A stretch of 19,046 nucleotides of DNA. Source: Nitrososphaerota archaeon (GTDB lineage Archaea; Thermoproteota; Nitrososphaeria; Nitrososphaerales; UBA57). The stretch lies in the NCBI GenBank assembly GCA_013378385.1, contig JACAFS010000017.1, forward strand, positions 1 through 19,046. The letters run 5' to 3'. The stretch's first letter is position 1. Every line of letters starts with the position of its first letter. A program made the translations under genes and the position numbers. The notes beneath the pieces are model-generated. The model was not told the DNA's origin. It saw only the letters and a list, made by a program, of their open reading frames with translations, and made no database searches. This document shows, one piece after another, positions 13,068 to 19,046 of this stretch.

Positions 13068-14415
13068 TTAAATCATTAATCAATTTTGAACAGTTCTCAG
13101 TTATTGTATCCAAATGAGTTTGACTATCAGATTCACTAAATAACCTTATAATAGGTTCAGTTCCACTTGGACGAATTAAAGACCAACTGTTATCATTCCA
13201 AAGAATTTTAAGGCCGTCAGTTTGATCAATTGTTTCAGATAATGAAGATGCAATATTAGAAATAATGGAGTCACGAGAATCAATTGGACAGGAGAATTTA
13301 GTCTTGTGCTGATAAAATTGTGGCAAAATAGAAAGATGTTGAGAGAGTTTTTTATCTGAAAAAGACAACAATTCAAGCATAAGTGCAGTACCCATTGCGC
13401 CGTCTCTTACGGCAACATGAGGAGAATAAAGGCATCCGCCATTTTCTTCAAAACCGAATTTAGAATCTAATTCTATCATTTTATGTGAAACGTCTACACT
13501 ACCTACTTTAGTACGATACACTTCAACGTCGTATTTTGATGCAATTTTTTCAATTATTTGTGAAGTAGCAATAGTGGTAACAATAGGAGATTTAATGCCT
13601 TTTTGAATAAGATGTTCGCCTACAAGAGTTCCTGATTTATCACCCCAAAAAACAGTACCAGTTTCATCGCAGAATATACTTCTATCACCATCTCCGTCAT
13701 ATCCAACGCCAATATCTGCGTTGTTTTCAACAACAGATTTAGATAGAAAATCTAATGTTTTAGGAGTAGGTTCGCCTCCACGTCCAGAGAAATTTCCATC
13801 AATATGATTATTTAGAGTGATTACTTCGCATCCAAGGTCCTCAGCAATAAATGGGGCACTTAAGGCCTGAGTGCCATTTCCAGAATCGATAACAATTTTT
13901 AGTTTACGCTTTTTGATAGATGAAGAATCGACATTTTTTATTACAGAATTAATATAATCAGTGACTACAGAACTATTAGATGTCATATTTCCTACTCCTT
14001 GCCAGTCTTTTCTTGAATATTTTTTCTGGAAATAAATATCCTCGATTATGTCTTCGTCGGATCTTGAAACTTCAATTCCAGTAGAAGAAATTACTTTGAT
14101 TCCGTTATATTCAGCAGGATTATGAGATGCAGTAATCATTACGCCGCCGTCAAAAGAATTCTTTGTAATTAATTGAATGCCAGGAGTTGGGACCATATTG
14201 GCAAAAACAACGTTCTTTCCAGATTCCATCAATCCTGCAGAGATAGCACGAGAAATAGAAGGGCTAGAATGACGGCCGTCATATCCAACTATTATATTAT
14301 TGCCTTCAAAAAAGGAACCAATACTCAGACCCATATTTACAATAAAATCAAGACCGTACTCCTTACCAGGAATGAATCTAATGCCATTTGTTCCAAAAAG
14401 TTTCTTATTAGTCAA
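13054..14415 (-). CDS. alpha-D-phosphohexomutase family enzyme (phosphoglucosamine/phosphomannomutase-type), paralog 2
   Basis: 453 aa with LFGTNGIRF at the N-terminus, catalytic loop MITASHNPAEYNGIKV, canonical metal loop GVGYDGDGDRSIF, GFEENGG, and IRPSGTEP as the phosphate-binding loop. Confidence 0.9.
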   Translation of the reverse strand: MTNKKLFGTNGIRFIPGKEYGLDFIVNMGLSIGSFFEGNNIIVGYDGRHSSPSISRAISAGLMESGKNVVFANMVPTPGIQLITKNSFDGGVMITASHNPAEYNGIKVISSTGIEVSRSDEDIIEDIYFQKKYSRKDWQGVGNMTSNSSVVTDYINSVIKNVDSSSIKKRKLKIVIDSGNGTQALSAPFIAEDLGCEVITLNNHIDGNFSGRGGEPTPKTLDFLSKSVVENNADIGVGYDGDGDRSIFCDETGTVFWGDKSGTLVGEHLIQKGIKSPIVTTIATSQIIEKIASKYDVEVYRTKVGSVDVSHKMIELDSKFGFEENGGCLYSPHVAVRDGAMGTALMLELLSFSDKKLSQHLSILPQFYQHKTKFSCPIDSRDSIISNIASSLSETIDQTDGLKILWNDNSWSLIRPSGTEPIIRLFSESDSQTHLDTITENCSKLINDLINDL

Positions 14416-14496
14416 TTATATCATTAAAAATAGTAAATAAGAAATAAAACGATATCGCAAAGGTAAAATGTAAAAAGAACTTATGAAAATCTTGAT

Positions 14497-15252
14497 ATGA
14501 ACATTGCAGTGTGTATAAAACAAGTACCAGATACAGCATCACAACTAAAAATTGCAGAAGATAATAAAACAATCGAGGATAATGGAATAAAATATGAAAT
14601 CAATCCATTTGATGAATATGCGCTAGAAGAAGCTCTGAGATTGAAGGATAAAGACAATACTATAAATATTACAGTAATTTCGCTTGGGCCAGAACGTGTG
14701 AAACAATCTTTAACGAAGACATTAGCAATGGGGGCCGATGAAGCAATACATCTTCAAACAGATAATTCAATTAATGATTGTATGGTCATAGCTAACACAA
14801 TCACAAATGAGATAAAGAAGAAACAATATGATCTGATATTATTCGGGAAGAAATCAGTTGATCAAGATAATAATCAAGTAGGGATGATAATTGGGGAGAT
14901 TAATGGCATACCGTGTATTTCAAATTGTTCAGAATTTGCCATAGAAGACAATAAGATTGTAGCAAATAGAGAAGTAGAAGGTTCGGTAGAGGTATTTGAA
15001 GGAGAATTTCCAGTAATTATAACACATGAAAAAGGTAAAAACGAATTACGATATCCTTCATTAAAAGATTTGATGGCAGCCAAGAAGAAATCAATCAATA
15101 CAATAGATGTTGATGTTAATGACAATAAAAATCCAGAGTTAATTAGATTAGAATATCCAAAGAAGAGAGAAGAAGGAATAATCATTGGGGAAGATAAATC
15201 AGCAGTTTCGGAGTTAATAAGAATACTTAGAGAAGAGAGAAAATTAATCTAG
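14497..15252 (+). CDS. etfB: Electron transfer flavoprotein beta subunit (EtfB/FixA)
   Basis: 251 aa. The N-terminus MNIAVCIKQVPDT and DLILFGKKSVDQDNNQVG are characteristic of ETF-beta. etfA follows directly. Confidence 0.93.
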   Translation: MNIAVCIKQVPDTASQLKIAEDNKTIEDNGIKYEINPFDEYALEEALRLKDKDNTINITVISLGPERVKQSLTKTLAMGADEAIHLQTDNSINDCMVIANTITNEIKKKQYDLILFGKKSVDQDNNQVGMIIGEINGIPCISNCSEFAIEDNKIVANREVEGSVEVFEGEFPVIITHEKGKNELRYPSLKDLMAAKKKSINTIDVDVNDNKNPELIRLEYPKKREEGIIIGEDKSAVSELIRILREERKLI

Positions 15253-15257
15253 GTGAT
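15251..15257 (+). promoter_or_regulatory. Shine-Dalgarno-like site for etfA
   Basis: AGGTGAT overlaps the etfB stop (TAG 15250-15252) and ends 4 nt before ATG 15262. Confidence 0.5.
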
Positions 15258-15261
15258 ATTT

Positions 15262-16233
15262 ATGTCATGTATACTAACTGTAATTGAATCTAAGAATAAA
15301 GAAATTAAGAATTCGGCATTAGAATTACTTTCAGAGGCTAGAAAGATATCATCAAAAAGGAATCTAGACAATAAGGTAATTATCATAGGAGAATATGAGA
15401 AAAATAATTCTACGCAGATTAATGAATTTGGGATAAATGCATTGTTAACTGGATCTACAGACAAAATAAGTAAATATTCGCCTGAATTATACAGAGATTC
15501 ATTACTGCATACAATAAATGAATTGAAGCCAGAAATAATATTATTTTCGGGTAGTGCAATTGGAAAAGATTTAGCGCCAAGAATAGCAGCCAATATAGGT
15601 TATAATTTAGTAACTGAATGTATAGATATTTCAATAATAGAAGAGGGATATGAGATAAAACGTCCAATTTTTGCTGGAAAGATTATTCAGACATTAAGAT
15701 TCAATAAAACCCCGATAGTAGTTTCATTAAAGTCAAATTCATTTACAATTGAGAAAATTGAAGAAAATGAGATTTCGATAAAACAAATTGACGTCAATGT
15801 ATCAGAAGATAAGAAATTGCCAATATTAAGAGAAATAATACAGCCGCAAAAAGAGGTATTGGATGTATCAGAAGCTTCAACAATAGTATCTGGAGGAAGA
15901 GGAATGAAGGAACCAGAGAATTTTAAATTAATTGAAGAATTAGCAGAGATTCTCAATGCAGCAGTTGGCGCATCAAGAGCAGTAGTTGATGCAGGTTGGA
16001 GACCGCATTCAGAACAAGTGGGGCAAACAGGCAAAATTGTTTCGCCAAATTTATACATTGCATTCGGAATATCAGGAGCTATACAACATCAAGTTGGGAT
16101 GATAAATTCAAAATGTATAGTAGCCGTGAATAAAGATAAAAATGCACCAATTTTCAAATTTGCAGACTATGGAATAGTAGGTGATTTGTTCGAGATAATT
16201 CCAGAATTAATTGCTGAATTAAAAAATAAATAA
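15262..16233 (+). CDS. etfA: Electron transfer flavoprotein alpha subunit (EtfA/FixB)
   Basis: The FAD-binding signature PNLYIAFGISGAIQHQVGM and VSGGRGM are present. I prefer ATG 15262 (SD-preceded) to the GTG 15253 used in the ORF track. Confidence 0.93.
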   Translation: MSCILTVIESKNKEIKNSALELLSEARKISSKRNLDNKVIIIGEYEKNNSTQINEFGINALLTGSTDKISKYSPELYRDSLLHTINELKPEIILFSGSAIGKDLAPRIAANIGYNLVTECIDISIIEEGYEIKRPIFAGKIIQTLRFNKTPIVVSLKSNSFTIEKIEENEISIKQIDVNVSEDKKLPILREIIQPQKEVLDVSEASTIVSGGRGMKEPENFKLIEELAEILNAAVGASRAVVDAGWRPHSEQVGQTGKIVSPNLYIAFGISGAIQHQVGMINSKCIVAVNKDKNAPIFKFADYGIVGDLFEIIPELIAELKNK

Positions 16234-16234
16234 A

Positions 16235-17521
16235 TTAAAGAGCATTAGATCCCTTAAGAGAATCCAATATCAGATTAATTGATGAGACTTTATTATTCTT
16301 CATAGAGCTGCGAATAATTTCACGCATAAGTTGTTGAGAGTTTCCGTCAATATTATAGAGATTCTCAAAGATATTACAAATCAACCTAGGATAATCAGAA
16401 TAAAGTCGTTTATTTTCCATATACTTAGGTCCTTTTTTGAATTTTTTGATATCAGTAAGTACGTTATATTTGTAAAGTAATTTTTCATAATTAGATAAGG
16501 ATGAATTTGAGAAATCATTGATTTTTTGAGATGTCATAAAGGTTTCTGCGGCAGCTATTCCAGAGGATATGGCAAGATCAACGCCACGAAATGTATACCC
16601 GTTATTGAGCAACATGCCTGCAGCATCTCCGCACACCAATATTCCATCTCCATATAATTTAGGTAGCATATTATAACCTGCTTCCGGAACTAAATGCGCG
16701 CTATATTCTGCTACTTTACCATCTTTTACTATACAAGAAATATCAGGATGATTTTTGAAATTATTGATGAGCGAGGAGACTTGAGTTTTATTGTCAACAA
16801 GATCAATGCCTTTAACAACTAAACCAATTGAAATAGAAGATTTATTTGTATAAATGAATGCACCGCCACGTAGATAGTTAGTTGGAAAACCTACACAAAC
16901 TAATGCAGCGCCTTTATCATTGTTAATGCAGAATCGATCATTAATTACATCTTCAGGGAGTTCTATGACTTCCTTAACTCCAACAGAAAAATGTTCAGAT
17001 TGGAACTGATTTCTAAGTCCTGCTTTTTTAGCAATAATAGATGTAGCGCCATCGGCAGCAATAACTAATTTTGAAGTGATTTCGTCAGATCCACTCTTTA
17101 TTCCGATAATTGATTTATTTTCGTCGACAATAACATCGTCAACTTTGATTTCAGGAAATAATTCTGCACCGACGTCGACTGCTTTATTTGCAAACCAACT
17201 ATCAAATTTAGAACGAAAGGCAGTAAACCCATGATTAACTGATTCGTCAGAAGAGAAATTAGTTTGGAAACTAGACTTTTCTGTCATAAACATAATACTT
17301 TCTTTTGTAACGTTTCGTTCAATGGGAGCGTCTTCTGCAAAATTAGGAATTAATTGGGAAAGAGAATAAGGGTATATTCTGCCTCCATATACATTCTTAG
17401 AGCCTGGTTCCTTTCCGCGTTCTAGCATCAAGACATGATGTCCATTTTTTGCTAGGCTATATGCAGCTGCTGAACCTGCAGGCCCTGCGCCAACTATAAT
17501 CACATCATAATCGGTTGACAT
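16235..17521 (-). CDS. fixC: FixC-like FAD-dependent oxidoreductase (ETF-quinone oxidoreductase / geranylgeranyl reductase family)
   Basis: Motifs: YDVIIVGAGPAGSAAAYSLAKNGHHVLMLERG (Rossmann GxGxxG), VIAADGATS and CGDAAGM. Size and ETF adjacency fit FixC. I prefer ATG 17521 (MSTDYDVIIVG); a TTG at 17545 is an alternative start. Confidence 0.8.
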   Translation of the reverse strand: MSTDYDVIIVGAGPAGSAAAYSLAKNGHHVLMLERGKEPGSKNVYGGRIYPYSLSQLIPNFAEDAPIERNVTKESIMFMTEKSSFQTNFSSDESVNHGFTAFRSKFDSWFANKAVDVGAELFPEIKVDDVIVDENKSIIGIKSGSDEITSKLVIAADGATSIIAKKAGLRNQFQSEHFSVGVKEVIELPEDVINDRFCINNDKGAALVCVGFPTNYLRGGAFIYTNKSSISIGLVVKGIDLVDNKTQVSSLINNFKNHPDISCIVKDGKVAEYSAHLVPEAGYNMLPKLYGDGILVCGDAAGMLLNNGYTFRGVDLAISSGIAAAETFMTSQKINDFSNSSLSNYEKLLYKYNVLTDIKKFKKGPKYMENKRLYSDYPRLICNIFENLYNIDGNSQQLMREIIRSSMKNNKVSSINLILDSLKGSNAL

Positions 17522-17624
17522 TACTTCAAAACTCGAATTTGGCAAATATTAAGATTGTCTTAGTCTGATAAATTTTTGACATGGATTTTATAAGCAACCA
17601 CATGGTTGATAGTCGTGAATATTA

Positions 17625-19046
17625 GTGAGTACAAAGTTAGTTTTCAATGACATTGAAATTGATAAAGAATTAATTGCGATATTAAGCAAAGAAGGAATAG
17701 AAGAGCCAACGGAAATCCAGGAAAAGGCAATACCCTTACTCCTAGATGGAGAAGATGTAATAGCCCAGTCAAATACTGGAACAGGAAAGACATTAGCATT
17801 TGGGATTCCAATAGTCCAGACGATAAAGGATGAAACGAGGGATATAGAAGCATTAGTATTGGTACCAACACGAGAATTATCAGCGCAGGTAAGCAAGGAG
17901 ATAAAGAAAATTTCAAGATATAAGAGATTAAGAATGACAAAAGTATGTGGTGGAGAATCGCCAAATATTCAGAAAGCTTCCATAAGAAGAAATCCAAGTG
18001 TAGTAGTTGCCACACCTGGAAGATTAATAGATTTTATTGAAAGAGGAGTAGTAAATCTTGATTGGGTTAAATTTTTGGTAATAGATGAAGCAGATACAAT
18101 GTTAGAAATGGGATTTATTGAAGATATAGAATTCATAATAAGATCAATAGAAAATAAACATCAGACAGCGTTATTTTCAGCTACATTTCCTCCACCAATT
18201 GTTCAATTAGCAAAAAAATATCAAACGCAAGCCAAAAGAATTATGATACATGAAGATAATAAGATTTCAGAGGAAAAATTAGAGCAATATTATCTATGTG
18301 TAAATAGCGAGAGGAATAAACAAGATTTATTGATTGAATTAATAGAAGACATAAAACCAGAAAAAGGAATAATATTCTGTAGAACAAAATCAGACACGAA
18401 CAGAATCCATAAAGTATTAAGAGGGTTAGAAATTAAAGCAGTAGTAATAAATGGAGACATGAGTCAATCGCAAAGAGATAGATCTATGAGGAATTTCATG
18501 GATAAAAGAACACAAATAATAGTTGCGACAGATTTGCTCAGTAGAGGAATACATGTTGAAAATGTAGATTATATTATAAATTATAATGTGCCAAAAAATA
18601 GAGATTCGTATTTTCACAGGATTGGAAGAACTGCAAGGATAGGAAATAAGGGAAAGGCAATAACAATAGTTGCAGGCAGGGAAACACGAGATTTTGTAGA
18701 ACTGAAAAGAGAGATTAAAAGTAAAGTCAGTAGTTTCAAAGGTAAGCAGATTTATAGATATGAAATTCCATTAGATGAAGGAAGTTTTGCTAGATCAGGA
18801 GGACGAAGAAATGGAAGAGGGGGCTCTCCAAGATATGGTAGAGGAGGTCAGAATAGAGATTCGTCAGGGGGTAGACGTTACGGAGGAAACCGTTCTGGAG
18901 GATATGGTGGCCGTTCTGGAGGATATGGTGGCCGTTCTGGAGGATATGGTAACCGTTCTGGAGGAGACAACAATCGTTCTGGAGGATATGGTAACCGTTC
19001 TGGAGGAGACAACAATCGTTCTGGAGGATATGGTAACCGTTCTGGA
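17625..19046 (+). CDS. DEAD-box ATP-dependent RNA helicase with Arg/Gly/Tyr-rich C-terminal tail (3' end outside the window)
   Basis: Not in the ORF track because no stop is reached. My translation shows the Q motif (F...GIEEPTEIQ) and motifs I SNTGTGKT, Ia PTRELS, Ib TPGRL, II DEAD (nt about 18086-18097), III SAT, V ATDLLSRGIHV and VI HRIGRTAR. The RGG/RSGGYG tail begins at about 18791. GTG 17625 is the only start upstream of the Q motif (in-frame TGA at 17616-17618). The frame is open to 19046. Confidence 0.93.
   Translation, partial: MSTKLVFNDIEIDKELIAILSKEGIEEPTEIQEKAIPLLLDGEDVIAQSNTGTGKTLAFGIPIVQTIKDETRDIEALVLVPTRELSAQVSKEIKKISRYKRLRMTKVCGGESPNIQKASIRRNPSVVVATPGRLIDFIERGVVNLDWVKFLVIDEADTMLEMGFIEDIEFIIRSIENKHQTALFSATFPPPIVQLAKKYQTQAKRIMIHEDNKISEEKLEQYYLCVNSERNKQDLLIELIEDIKPEKGIIFCRTKSDTNRIHKVLRGLEIKAVVINGDMSQSQRDRSMRNFMDKRTQIIVATDLLSRGIHVENVDYIINYNVPKNRDSYFHRIGRTARIGNKGKAITIVAGRETRDFVELKREIKSKVSSFKGKQIYRYEIPLDEGSFARSGGRRNGRGGSPRYGRGGQNRDSSGGRRYGGNRSGGYGGRSGGYGGRSGGYGNRSGGDNNRSGGYGNRSGGDNNRSGGYGNRSG
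18890..19046 (+). repeat. Perfect in-frame tandem repeats encoding (N/G)RSGGYG / NRSGGDN units
   Basis: The 21-nt unit CCGTTCTGGAGGATATGGTGG occurs at 18890-18910 and 18911-18931, with a variant at 18932-18952. A 42-nt higher-order unit is repeated perfectly at 18953-18994 and 18995-19036. A further copy is truncated by the window end. Confidence 0.95.

Noticed and set aside
12302-14427. ORFs 12302-12571(-), 12761-12964(-), 13176-13376(-) and 14173-14427(+)
   Set aside because: All are embedded in the two phosphohexomutase genes, antisense or out of frame. Those genes carry unambiguous catalytic motifs.
14874-16058. Minus-strand ORFs 14874-15185, 15249-15593, 15455-15667 and 15687-16058
   Set aside because: They are antisense shadow ORFs within etfB and etfA.
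2378-17545. Longest-ORF starts at TTG 2378, GTG 15253 and TTG 17545
   Set aside because: In-frame ATGs a few codons downstream (2387, 15262, 17521) fit better. ATG 15262 is preceded by AGGTGAT, and ATG 17521 gives the usual short lead into the GxGxxG fold. The extended starts remain possible alternatives.
17588-18617. Minus-strand ORFs 17588-17896, 17644-18015 and 18426-18617
   Set aside because: They are antisense to the DEAD-box helicase, whose plus-strand frame carries all conserved helicase motifs. The helicase is missing from the track only because it has no stop in the window.
1-19046. CRISPR arrays, C/D-box sRNAs, rRNA, transposases or defence systems
   Set aside because: The only tandem repeats are in-frame coding repeats at 18890-19046. 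The TGATGA/CTGA box combinations I found (for example near 563, 1818 and 6590) lie inside CDSs without a matching partner box. No ORF resembles a transposase, integrase, nuclease or Cas protein.

Overview
This is an AT-rich (about one-third GC by eye), very tightly packed archaeal chromosomal segment. Archaeal origin is supported by aEF-1alpha, a tRNA-Tyr with a C1-G72 pair, and bulge-helix-bulge (BHB) tRNA introns. The lineage cannot be fixed without a database search; a Thaumarchaeota/TACK-like or DPANN-like streamlined aerobe is plausible. Left to right the window holds: aEF-1alpha (TTG start); a tRNA-Tyr(GUA) gene that I read as carrying four introns; pterin-4a-carbinolamine dehydratase with two small ORFs; and a seven-gene minus-strand oxidase operon. 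That operon runs 85-aa membrane protein, CoxB, A2-type CoxA, four-helix heme A synthase, 224-aa membrane protein, an untracked 56-aa membrane ORF, then heme O synthase. Next come a divergent CoxC, a run of uncharacterised membrane proteins (one with CC and CPTC motifs), two convergent phosphohexomutase paralogs, EtfB/EtfA facing a FixC-like flavoprotein with no FixX, and a 3'-truncated DEAD-box helicase. The helicase's Arg/Gly/Tyr-rich tail is encoded by perfect tandem repeats that run off the window. I see no mobile elements, CRISPR arrays, rRNA or recognisable defence genes. The most unusual item is the tRNA-Tyr gene: 175 nt for a 77-nt mature tRNA, with a 6-nt micro-exon in the T-loop. The uncharacterised membrane genes near the oxidase are the best place to look for undescribed protein functions. 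All calls rest on reading the sequence and motif recognition; no searches were run.
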